This document shows positions 1 to 9,121 of a stretch of DNA of 64,000 nucleotides, piece after piece; position 1 is the stretch's first letter; every line of letters starts with the position of its first letter. The position numbers and the translations under genes are program-made. The notes beneath the pieces were generated by a model. That model was given only the letters and a program-made list of their open reading frames with translations. It did not search any database and was not told the origin of the DNA. This DNA is from Giardia intestinalis (taxonomy: Eukaryota), in NCBI GenBank assembly GCA_000002435.2, contig CM018790.1. One strand, written 5' to 3'.

Positions 1-1
1 A

Positions 2-3000
2 GAATTCTGGGTGGTTGAGGTCAGAGCTGTTATGTCGTTTTCCCTAGTCAAGAATCCCCGCGACGCCTCAGTTATCTTTGCTACCCCCAGATGCGGATCT
101 GGCCAGCCATGCTTTTTGACTATGCATCACGAAGTACAACATACCGGAAAGAGTCCTGTCGCCACGTCACCAGAGGATTTCAGTTATGTGTCGTACTTCT
201 ATTTCCAGCAAATAAAGTACGTTTGGATTGATAAGGAAAATAAATTTATTTCTGTGTCGGACGACCTTTCGTCCCAGCAGACATCATTAGAAGTACTCCT
301 CAGAAGTGCGGACAAAGGCTTGTCATCGGCGGAGCATTCACAGGCAACAATTCTGTACGGAGAAAATAGACTTGCAGTTCCCCTCTTAACGCTTGGGCAT
401 CTTTTCGTCGAGCACATTCTATCACCATTTTTTATGTTCCAACTTTTTACATCGATTCTCTGGTTGTTCGACGACTTTGCCGTATATTCATTCTTCACAT
501 CCGTTATGCTTTTGTTTATGGAGGGAGGAAACATTCTTACCAAGTTCAATCGCATGAAGGAGTCTAGGAAAATGATAAGTAACCCCTGTCAGGTCGAGGT
601 TCACCGTGATTGCGAGTGGGTTGTCGCATCAAGTACTTCGTTGGTTCCCGGAGACCTAGTTCGTTTCACAGTTGACAATCTCCAGGCTGCAATGGAACGT
701 CAGTCTTCACAAGCGGAAAAGCAGAGAAAAAGTGCCCAAGATACACAGCTAAAGCAGCTCGGTGTTCCTTCTATCCATATCTTGCTGTCTAGAATGGGGC
801 GCATGTTTCTCAGCGGTAGCTATCCTACCGAGAACTATGCTATCATGCAAAGGGAAAAGAATATTGGGTTTTCGACCCAGATTCCGGCTGACTTGCTAAT
901 TACAAAGAACGTGGCTGTGGTGGATGAGAGTCTGCTTACGGGAGAAAGCGCTGTGCAAATGAAAGACTCCATCTGGGAGAGTGATCTCCTTCTTAATAAA
1001 ACCTTGGATGATGCAAAAGAGATACCATTCAATCAAGACAGGGATGCGTCACACATTCTCTATGCCGGAACAACACTTGTGTCTGTCAGCTCAGAGCCTG
1101 TTGAGGCTGTCGTCTTGCGTACAGGCTTTGAAATGAGCCAGGGCCAGCTTATCAGGAAGATACTTTTCGACACGGAGCGCACAAGTGCCACTACCAAGGA
1201 TGCTGTGCAGTTCCTCGTGATCATGTTTGTCATTGCTTGTATCGCCTCCATCTACACCTTTGTAAGAGGGTATGTGACTCAGATTTGCCCCCTGAACAGA
1301 CTTATTCTAGAGAGTTTAATAGTCTTTGTCTCTGTTATTCCCCCCGAGCTTCCTATGGAGGTTTCCATGACGGTTTCCGCTTCACTTCAAGAGCTCCGCC
1401 GCTTATTTATATACTGCACTGAGCCATTCAAGATCATGAATGCTGGAAAACTTCGTATTTGTTGCTTTGATAAGACAGGAACACTTTGCGATTGCGAGGT
1501 GAAGGTGGTTGGCTTTATATCTAATTCTGAAGACGACAGAGCAAACCACTTAGAGCGTATAATTTCTTCTGCTGAACTTGTAAAAAGGGCTAATCGCTCT
1601 CTTGAGAATAGGAGCTTTACTGGTGATCTGGTGTCCCACCTTGTCTTGTCTTCGGCCCAGAGTCTTTTCGTTCATCATGATAAACTTATTGGTGACCCAC
1701 TAGAACAAGCAATCTATGCAGATGGTAAGATTTATAGCATCCAGACCGACGGCGTTGTTTCTCTCGCATTGACACATCCGTGGCAGGTGACCGTAACCAG
1801 ACGCTTTGCTCTCTCAAACCGACTGAAGCGAATGAGCGTTGTAGCAACTGCAACATGCAATTCCAAAGCCATCTCCAAAACTATTGTGGCAACCAAGGGT
1901 GCGCCAGAGGTGATCAAGGAGCTGTGCACCCCACAGTCTGTTCCCTACTGGCATGATGATTGTCTTAACGAGCTGGCTGCACAGGGCTACCGGATCCTTT
2001 CTTTTGCCTACAGAGAATTGGAATCTTCCGATGAAACGCTGACACGAGCTAATGCAGAAGACGGCCTCACCTTCCTGGGCTTTATTGTTACAGATTCAAA
2101 TCTAAAACCAGACACTAGGGAGGCTATAGAGATCATCAAGGCATCTGGCCACCGCTGCGCGGTGATCTCAGGAGATAATGTTATCAGTGTAGGAGTAGTG
2201 TCCATCCGTTCGGGGATACTACCAGCTAGCCGTCCGTTGTACAATCTTGAAAGGTTCGACGAATGCGCACAAACCTGCCTGTTTACAAGATTAAATATTA
2301 GGACTCATCACTCGGCACCTACTGAGTTTGACTTTCCTAGCGAGCTTGAAGTAACAGAGAAGAATGTTAAAGCAATAGCACGACAGTACTCATTAGCTGT
2401 AACGAATAATTCCGCTTTTATTGCCCTCTTAGCACACAGTAAGTGTGGTCCCATGTTTATTCCCCGCATCCACGTGTTCGCTCGAATGACCCCTGAACAG
2501 AAAGCTGACATCATTCGTGTCATGCAAGGAACCGCTCCTACCCTATTCTGCGGAGATGGATCGAATGATGTTGAAGGGCTCCGTTCAGCAGACGTTGGGG
2601 TTGCACTTTGGGAAGCAACAGACTACAAAGAGAAAAAAGCAGAGGCAGACCGGATCGAGGCGTCTGCCAAGGAGTCTGCCATAGTTCGCCAACAACGAAT
2701 TCAGGCAGCTGTGGCTCAAATCCCCAAGCCATCTATACTGGGCCCTTCGGGAACTCCTGCGTCCCAGCAGCTCATCTACACGGAGGCTCGTAGGCGCTCT
2801 GCAGAGAAGAATACAAAGCTTACTGACGAGATGCGCTATCTCATCTGGGAGCAAAATAAGTACTGGTCAGAGGTACGGCGGGTATCGAGAAGTGGGTCCA
2901 CCTCCCTTGTGGACAAGATCTTCGGTATGTCCAACGATGGAATAATGTCTGGCTGGAGTCAGGCCTTCGACATTGAGGACGAAGGGAAAAGCTTACAACT

Positions 3001-3748
3001 TGGCGATGCAGCAATCGCAGCACCTTTCACAGCCAAGTCTGGAACCATTGGGGGCGTCCTTGACATTATTCGTCAAGGGCGATGTTCGCTTGTCACCCTT
3101 ATTATGACCTATAAGACCTTAGCTCTGAAGTGCATCGTGGGGGCATATTCCATGTCTGTGTTGACACTGGACGGCGTTCGGTACTCTGAGCAGCAGCTGA
3201 TGGCCAGTGGCGTATCACAAATGTTTATTCTATTCAACATCAACAAATCAAAACCTCTGAGAAGGATTAGCCGCATCCCAGCACCAGACAATATCATAAG
3301 CGCATATGCCCTTGTGAGTCTTGCGCTGCAGGTCCTCGTCCACGTCCTTATCATGTCTTTGTTGGTCCACCTGCTTTCCACAGAGAAGACAACAGTGCCG
3401 TTTGATGTCAAGTTCCAGCCGTCGCTTGTTAATACCGTTGTATTCCTTCTGGGCATGTACCAGGATCTAGCAATCAATGTCGTTAACTATCCTGGAGAGC
3501 CGTACATGCTTAGCCTGACGCAGTTCAAGAAGCTGTGGAGAGGCGTCATCGTATCCGTAGTGGCCACGCTGGTTCTTACCATGCAGTGGCTTCCTGAGCT
3601 TAATGAGGCGCTCGGTCTCATCACGATGGACGGTCATGTGCAACGGACCGTGATGACATTTGGCCTACTCGATGTGCTGCTATGTCTCGGGATTGAGAGG
3701 GCGTCATTCCACATTTTGGGACCAAAGCCCATCAGTGATGACGCTTAG
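2..3748 (+). CDS. P5A-type P-type ATPase (Spf1/ATP13A1-like). It is probably 5'-partial: the frame is open to the window edge and the track start is a GTG.
   Basis: P-type motifs are seen in the translation: TGES (LLTGESAVQ), phosphorylation site ICCFDKTGTL, and hinge GDGSNDVEGLRSADVGVAL. The PPELPMEVS signature is P5A (PPELP) rather than P5B (PPALP). The stretch LYGENRLAVPLLTLGHLFVEHILSPFFMFQLF aligns to Spf1 at about residue 170, which suggests roughly 50-100 aa are missing upstream. Confidence 0.8.
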   Translation, partial: EFWVVEVRAVMSFSLVKNPRDASVIFATPRCGSGQPCFLTMHHEVQHTGKSPVATSPEDFSYVSYFYFQQIKYVWIDKENKFISVSDDLSSQQTSLEVLLRSADKGLSSAEHSQATILYGENRLAVPLLTLGHLFVEHILSPFFMFQLFTSILWLFDDFAVYSFFTSVMLLFMEGGNILTKFNRMKESRKMISNPCQVEVHRDCEWVVASSTSLVPGDLVRFTVDNLQAAMERQSSQAEKQRKSAQDTQLKQLGVPSIHILLSRMGRMFLSGSYPTENYAIMQREKNIGFSTQIPADLLITKNVAVVDESLLTGESAVQMKDSIWESDLLLNKTLDDAKEIPFNQDRDASHILYAGTTLVSVSSEPVEAVVLRTGFEMSQGQLIRKILFDTERTSATTKDAVQFLVIMFVIACIASIYTFVRGYVTQICPLNRLILESLIVFVSVIPPELPMEVSMTVSASLQELRRLFIYCTEPFKIMNAGKLRICCFDKTGTLCDCEVKVVGFISNSEDDRANHLERIISSAELVKRANRSLENRSFTGDLVSHLVLSSAQSLFVHHDKLIGDPLEQAIYADGKIYSIQTDGVVSLALTHPWQVTVTRRFALSNRLKRMSVVATATCNSKAISKTIVATKGAPEVIKELCTPQSVPYWHDDCLNELAAQGYRILSFAYRELESSDETLTRANAEDGLTFLGFIVTDSNLKPDTREAIEIIKASGHRCAVISGDNVISVGVVSIRSGILPASRPLYNLERFDECAQTCLFTRLNIRTHHSAPTEFDFPSELEVTEKNVKAIARQYSLAVTNNSAFIALLAHSKCGPMFIPRIHVFARMTPEQKADIIRVMQGTAPTLFCGDGSNDVEGLRSADVGVALWEATDYKEKKAEADRIEASAKESAIVRQQRIQAAVAQIPKPSILGPSGTPASQQLIYTEARRRSAEKNTKLTDEMRYLIWEQNKYWSEVRRVSRSGSTSLVDKIFGMSNDGIMSGWSQAFDIEDEGKSLQLGDAAIAAPFTAKSGTIGGVLDIIRQGRCSLVTLIMTYKTLALKCIVGAYSMSVLTLDGVRYSEQQLMASGVSQMFILFNINKSKPLRRISRIPAPDNIISAYALVSLALQVLVHVLIMSLLVHLLSTEKTTVPFDVKFQPSLVNTVVFLLGMYQDLAINVVNYPGEPYMLSLTQFKKLWRGVIVSVVATLVLTMQWLPELNEALGLITMDGHVQRTVMTFGLLDVLLCLGIERASFHILGPKPISDDA

Positions 3749-3827
3749 GCAGTGCTGTAAACCGTTATTGTTAGTCGCACGTTTCTCGCTACATTGAGAG
3801 AAGACAAAGTTTCAATTCACTTACCCT

Positions 3828-6323
3828 TCATTGCTTGGCGTCCAGTGAGTCAGCACTGTCTTCAAGGGATGCAATCTGCGAGACAGTACCCCCAATAAAA
3901 GCAGTCTGCTTGAGCTTGTCAATCCAACGTTGTACCTCCTCAACAGAAAGCTTGGATACAGAGTATCGGCCACCAGGCGTAACCATTGACTCGAAGTATC
4001 CCATGCTCTTTCGAATCAGAGTTTTTGCCTTAGAATCAGTATGTCCATAGTCTATGTAGTTAGATATCTCTGCAGAACGATGCTCGAGATTCTTAGCCTG
4101 CTGCTTGAGGTCAAGAATACTATTTTCAGCAAGGAACTGTTTGAAAATTTCTAGTGCTTCACCCACAGTTGTACAGGCCTGCGTATATGAATCAATAATT
4201 TTCTGACTTTCCTCTAATATCTTTTCAACTCTTTGTTCATCATCCTTACATGCCTCAAGTTCCTTCTTCACCTCTGGGTTTTCAACCAATCTACTACAAA
4301 ATGATCTCTTTGTCAACGCCAACTCGTGATTAGCTAACAGACAGAAACACCTTTTGCAACAATTTCCATAAGGCCTTATAAAAGACCAGCTGTATGTCAC
4401 CTTGGCAAGTAAATTATCTTCAAGCTTCTCTTGCTTGCTCTTCTCCATAGCTTTATATCGACTCATCGGAATAGGTGAGCTACAGCATATTTGATAGCAC
4501 CCTTTGCATCGCAATCCAGGATGGTCTAGATCACGATCCTCATAAATGTATTTCTTAACACGAGCCTTATCCTGAAGAGATTTTTCCTTGCTATATAATG
4601 CTCTAAGATAACCTCTTTCTTCCTCCATATCCTTTCTCTTAGTCTCCAAGCCATCACGCAGCCCGGGCAGCGTATAAACCAATGCCTCACTCACACGCAG
4701 AGTAACATCAAAGCTGACTGTTTCCTGAACATGATGTGGGTGCAAACCAGCAATGTGTCCGAACATACGTGCGAGCTCTCCACGCATCCTGTGCCAGCTT
4801 TCAGCAGAGGCGGAGCACATCTCGTTCGTTATCAGATTTGCATTCTGGGAACAAATGGCAAGAAGACGCACGATTTCACTGTCAAAGCAGTATAGTATCT
4901 TCTTTTCTAACGGCAGCCTAATTCCACTGTCAGTGAAATACTTCATTAGTGAGGGAAGGGTGTCGCCAGGTTTATATAGTGTAGCCCTAGTGTGTGTGAA
5001 CCCGATAACGATGTTGTCCAGTATGCTCCTATGGAAATGCTTGAGAAGCTCCTCGATACAGTACTTGAGGAAAACAGTGAAGCGGGAATCGTTCGGTTTC
5101 AGTAGAAAGCAAACACCGTAAAGAGTTTTATGATGCGAAAGATGCCTTATGATGTTGCGTATGTTCTCCGCGTCCTTCTCCAGCCCCCGCGTGTCACCCA
5201 TACCAGGAGTGTCTATGACGCAGACGCGCACGGGTAAACCGTTCAGAGTGTAGTTGAAATAGTAGTCCTGTGGAGCCTGTGTTACCGAGCCACCCAAGGC
5301 TTCTGCCTCCTTTTCTCCTGTCGAGATTTCTACACCGTCGAAGACGAATCTTACAGGAATTGGCCAGCGTGTGTTTTCGAGAGGAATTGTTGGGAGTCTA
5401 GAGAATTGAGAGCACAGCGAAAACGTATTGACAAGGGTGCTCTTACCGACTCCCGATTCCCCTATCAGAAGAATGGATAGCTCTTTTGTTGGCGGGAGGT
5501 CTGTCGGTCCAAAAACAGAGGGCTCCACAGCAGGACAACAAGCAGATGCAGCCACCAACGCAGCGTTAACGTCTATGGGAGAAGGAAAGGAGGGAACGGT
5601 GGGTGGCAGCGTACTGATCTCATGACTAGAAACATGATTGGAGCCATATTGCCTTTTAGACCCAGAAGGTTTGGACTTTGAACGAGGCTTAGATAGCTTG
5701 TCAATGGGTGAATCCAAATCCTTTAATACCTCATCTACCGTCGCATATGCACATTTTTCTATGCACTTCTTCAATTTCTCGGGAAGATGACGACGACACC
5801 CACGAAGCTGATCATAATTCGCCAGTTTTTCCCCAGTATATGCCTCATAAATCAACACAGCAAGGGAGCGCAGGTTATCTCCCTGAAATGTGGGAGCATC
5901 GTTCTTCGATAATGGAGCTGTCTTCAGTAAAACTTCACCATCTCTGAGAGATACTGTGTCCAATGTTAAATCCTTACAAAACGTAGGAGGATCACTGGCA
6001 TACCCTTCCTTCACTTTCTTAAGGAGACGTACAGTCCATTCTATTACAAGGTCTTCTCGGCCAGAAGGAGAGAGACCAGAGTCCTCAGAGAAAATGCTGC
6101 GAAGAGTTGGAGAGTCTTTCGAAACAACAGGCCTTTGGGTAGTTTTGGCATATGGAGCGCCCCCTACACAACCAGGTGGCATGACTGATGGCGTTTCTTT
6201 TATTTTTTGTGAAACTTTGCACGGCGTACTTGATTCTTCGTTGATCGGTATGAAAAGTATTACGAAAACCCAGGATAATATTAGCAAATGATATGTCCCA
6301 TCTTTAAGTGTGATTGATTCCAT
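3828..6323 (-). CDS. Septin/AIG1(Toc-GIMAP)-superfamily P-loop GTPase with an N-terminal hydrophobic anchor, a Cys-rich region and a C-terminal coiled coil.
   Basis: Motifs in the translation:
- G1: IGESGVGKSTLVNTF
- G3: VIDTPGMGDTRG
- septin-like block: LYGVCFLLKPNDSRF
- degenerate G4: IGFTHTRATLYKPGD
- Cys cluster: CKGCYQICC...CCKRCFC
The C-terminus is predicted coiled coil. The track start at 6341 is TTG; the first ATG (cat at 6321-6323) gives MESITLKDGTYHLLILSWVFVILFIPI, a TM or signal-anchor. Confidence 0.55.
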   Translation of the reverse strand: MESITLKDGTYHLLILSWVFVILFIPINEESSTPCKVSQKIKETPSVMPPGCVGGAPYAKTTQRPVVSKDSPTLRSIFSEDSGLSPSGREDLVIEWTVRLLKKVKEGYASDPPTFCKDLTLDTVSLRDGEVLLKTAPLSKNDAPTFQGDNLRSLAVLIYEAYTGEKLANYDQLRGCRRHLPEKLKKCIEKCAYATVDEVLKDLDSPIDKLSKPRSKSKPSGSKRQYGSNHVSSHEISTLPPTVPSFPSPIDVNAALVAASACCPAVEPSVFGPTDLPPTKELSILLIGESGVGKSTLVNTFSLCSQFSRLPTIPLENTRWPIPVRFVFDGVEISTGEKEAEALGGSVTQAPQDYYFNYTLNGLPVRVCVIDTPGMGDTRGLEKDAENIRNIIRHLSHHKTLYGVCFLLKPNDSRFTVFLKYCIEELLKHFHRSILDNIVIGFTHTRATLYKPGDTLPSLMKYFTDSGIRLPLEKKILYCFDSEIVRLLAICSQNANLITNEMCSASAESWHRMRGELARMFGHIAGLHPHHVQETVSFDVTLRVSEALVYTLPGLRDGLETKRKDMEEERGYLRALYSKEKSLQDKARVKKYIYEDRDLDHPGLRCKGCYQICCSSPIPMSRYKAMEKSKQEKLEDNLLAKVTYSWSFIRPYGNCCKRCFCLLANHELALTKRSFCSRLVENPEVKKELEACKDDEQRVEKILEESQKIIDSYTQACTTVGEALEIFKQFLAENSILDLKQQAKNLEHRSAEISNYIDYGHTDSKAKTLIRKSMGYFESMVTPGGRYSVSKLSVEEVQRWIDKLKQTAFIGGTVSQIASLEDSADSLDAKQ

Positions 6324-6385
6324 AGTCAATCTCAGAATCAATGATTGGATTAAAAAACCAAAAAGATCTTTTAAACAAATTTAGA
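6324..6385. promoter_or_regulatory. AT-rich bidirectional initiator region between the divergent GTPase paralogs.
   Basis: This ~60-bp spacer (ttaaaaaaccaaaaagatcttttaaacaaatttaga) lies between the two divergent ATGs. It has the Giardia-style AT-rich initiator context. Confidence 0.4.
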
Positions 6386-8254
6386 ATGAGCAGAGCAAGT
6401 TCGTCAGCCAGCGATACGTCAACATATGGCTCCGAGTCATCATACAACTCAAGTTATTCCGACGAATCTGACAAGTATGAATCGTCAGACACATCTACAA
6501 ATGATTCATGTGGCCGTCGTGCCAACATCCTTCTTTTGGGAGAAACCGGGGTCGGGAAGTCCACCTTCGTCAACGGATTCATTAACTATTTGCGCTTCGA
6601 TAAAATGCCAGAGAGCCCAGAAGATACAAAGAGAACTATATGGGCGGTGCCAATGAGTTTCAGTTTAATAGATAATAACTATAAGCAAGTGTCTGTGTCG
6701 GTCGGACCTTCTGACAAGAATGAGGACGTGGAAAGCGTGGGCGCTTCTGTGACCCAAGACCCAAAAGTGCACGTTTTTGAAGCTCATGAAACCGAGATAC
6801 ATTTGATTGACACGCCAGGAATTGGAGATACGAGGGGCTATGACTATGATAAGGCGAACTTCAACAAGATCATTAATTTCGTCAAGGACTACGAGCTCCA
6901 CGGGATCTGCATGCTCCTGAAGCCGAACAATGCTCGCCTCAACGTGTTCTTCAAGTTCTGTGTCGAGGAGCTCTTGGTCCATCTACCAGCTAACGCAGTG
7001 AAGAACATCATCTTTTGCTTCACAAACGCGCGTTCCACCTTCTACAAGCCTGGAGACACATACACACCTCTTAAGAAGCTTCTAGAGGACAGAAGCATCA
7101 AGATAGCCCTTGCCGAAAAGACAATGTATTGCTTTGATAATGAGGCTATACGTTTTCTTGCAGCTCGTGCAAATGGTGTCACATTTTCTCCCGAAGACAC
7201 AAATAGCTTCTGTGAAAGCTGGAAGAGGGCATCCGATGAGCTCAAGCGCGCGATAAACCATCTGAAAATAATCAAACCGCAGAGTGGAAAGGCAATCAGC
7301 CAGCTGGAGGACGTGCGCAGGACAATCACAGGCCTCTCCATTCCCATGGCAGACATTACGCGCATCATCCAGGAGAATATTGACCTTCAGAAGGGCCATG
7401 AGAAGGAACTTAAGAGCCTATCGGGAGAGGAGGACGACCTTAAGGACAGATTGAAAATGGAAGTCATCCGATACGACGTTATAGAATTCAATCAGCCCCG
7501 TACGGTCTGCACAACTTGTGCAAAACAGGTCACGGTTAACGGTGTAACGTGTATAGAATTTGATACTGCTTGCCACGATCCATGCTATTTAACGACTGTC
7601 ACCGCCATGCAAATGGGTCACCCAGAGCTACGAGGTTGCTGGGCTATGAATGGAGACATGTGTCATATTTGTGGTCACTCCTATATGGAGCACATGCACA
7701 CGATGCATAAAGCGAGTCCCAAGAAGGTCACTGAAGACGATCCCCAAGTACTGGAGCGCCTCAAGAGCACCAGTGACAGACAGGCGGTAATACAAGAGGA
7801 GATCCGCAAGGCGAAGGACAAGATTAAACACTACAAGAAGGAGTACCGCCGTATCATAGAAATAAGTGCTCGATTCGCGCAGTTCATCAAGAAGAACGCG
7901 ATCCTGGACTTCAACTCCTCTCTCGGCGATTATCTCAAGACTCAGATCAAAAAGCTCGAAGACGCATCTGACCTCTCCGACATTGACAAGAAGCGCCTCA
8001 ACGGGTTCAGAGAATCACTGAAGCGCTACGAGGAGGAGGTGAAGATCTTCCAGGAGGCCATTTCACGTGGGAAGGTAACCGTTCCAACAAACAATGAGAT
8101 AAGCGAGCTCATCGATGAACTCAAAAACCTTCCACTGACAGGCGAAAGTTTCAAGATAAGCCTCCAGGCAAACGAAAGGATGCTCAAGCACTACGCTGAG
8201 CACCTGGGCAAAGCCAAACCGGCAACCAGCTCTAAGAAAAAGCGCAGCAGGTGA
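6386..8254 (+). CDS. Septin/AIG1-superfamily P-loop GTPase, paralog of 3828-6323, with a Cys/His-rich zinc-ribbon-like region and a C-terminal coiled coil.
   Basis: Motifs in the translation:
- G1: LLGETGVGKSTFVNGFINY
- G3: LIDTPGIGDTRGYDYD
- septin-like block: HGICMLLKPNNARLNVFFKFCVEELL
- degenerate G4: CFTNARSTFYKPGD
- metal-binding-like cluster: CTTCAKQ...CHDPCYL...CHICGHSYMEHMH
The C-terminus is a K/E-rich coiled coil. The track start at 6341 also gives an ATG (MIGLKNQ...). I prefer the second ATG at 6386 (MSRASS...), which directly follows the AT-rich initiator. Confidence 0.55.
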   Translation: MSRASSSASDTSTYGSESSYNSSYSDESDKYESSDTSTNDSCGRRANILLLGETGVGKSTFVNGFINYLRFDKMPESPEDTKRTIWAVPMSFSLIDNNYKQVSVSVGPSDKNEDVESVGASVTQDPKVHVFEAHETEIHLIDTPGIGDTRGYDYDKANFNKIINFVKDYELHGICMLLKPNNARLNVFFKFCVEELLVHLPANAVKNIIFCFTNARSTFYKPGDTYTPLKKLLEDRSIKIALAEKTMYCFDNEAIRFLAARANGVTFSPEDTNSFCESWKRASDELKRAINHLKIIKPQSGKAISQLEDVRRTITGLSIPMADITRIIQENIDLQKGHEKELKSLSGEEDDLKDRLKMEVIRYDVIEFNQPRTVCTTCAKQVTVNGVTCIEFDTACHDPCYLTTVTAMQMGHPELRGCWAMNGDMCHICGHSYMEHMHTMHKASPKKVTEDDPQVLERLKSTSDRQAVIQEEIRKAKDKIKHYKKEYRRIIEISARFAQFIKKNAILDFNSSLGDYLKTQIKKLEDASDLSDIDKKRLNGFRESLKRYEEEVKIFQEAISRGKVTVPTNNEISELIDELKNLPLTGESFKISLQANERMLKHYAEHLGKAKPATSSKKKRSR

Positions 8255-9121
8255 CAACAGGACAAGCCTACTGGAAAAGTGAACTTGTGGCATGCATCTG
8301 GTTGCTATATGGATCTGCGCACATAGCTGAAGAAGGAGGTGGATAGTTGTAGACCTCTGTTGAACTTTTTAATTAGCCGTTTCTCTTACTTATTAATTTA
8401 TATCCCGACGTGGAGAAAGCAGTAGAATATCCCTTCAAGGACGCACTTATCGAGATGAGTGGTGAGACTAACTGCTGAATTGGGTCGTTTCTTATCTGAC
8501 CGTATACCTTCAATGCCTGTCTCTGATGCCTGTGACCCGCGACAAGACATCTGTTTGGAGAATCACGAAGCTATTGTTGTTAATCTGCGATACCTGTATC
8601 GTTTACTGCTCCATGATTGCTCCACAAATCACAGTTAGCCCATATTAATGTGCATCTAGAAGAGTAACCCGTCAAAAGGCGATGTGCGGCACCTTATTTC
8701 AGGTAACTTCAGAGTGCTCATGGCATACACTGCCCCAGGAAACCCCACTAGTACTCAGACCAGTCCCACTCAGTTGGCATAGAATAGTACAGTCTCTCAG
8801 CTACAAGTAGAGTATACCATGGCTGTGAGGTAAAAGATTGCATAGTAAAGCGTCCTAGCTTATGGGATATGTGCTCGAGCGTGGCACTGTACGATGAGGC
8901 TTAGGCATAATACCAAGCAGCTTTTGCGACTGTCTTCTTCTGGAGACCCTGCAAAGGGCTACACTTGGCGAGTGGGCGGCTACAACCAACTGATAACGAA
9001 CATAGCAGAGTAAACTTGAAGCACCCAATCAGTACGGGGAACACACACTTGGTTAGCGGAGGACGCTGTAGATGCTCTGGAGCACTTTCACGAGACGCTC
9101 AAGCCGATACCACGGGGTTGT

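Noticed and set aside
6341-6341. Track start codons at 6341 (both strands), 11981, 14153, 33970, 37966, 57133 and 63890.
   Set aside because: These are GTG or TTG codons that the ORF finder translates as Met. Non-ATG initiation is not expected in Giardia. I moved starts to the first ATG with an AT-rich initiator where one exists, or flagged the gene as partial or uncertain.
3828-8254. Prokaryotic-style defence island interpretation of the paired GTPase genes (septin-like/GIMAP-like NTPases occur in bacterial conflict systems).
   Set aside because: The surrounding genes are unambiguously eukaryotic (TFIIH, adaptin, Gar1, VSP), and the promoters and poly(A) signal are Giardia-type. The pair is better read as a eukaryotic lineage-specific GTPase duplication.
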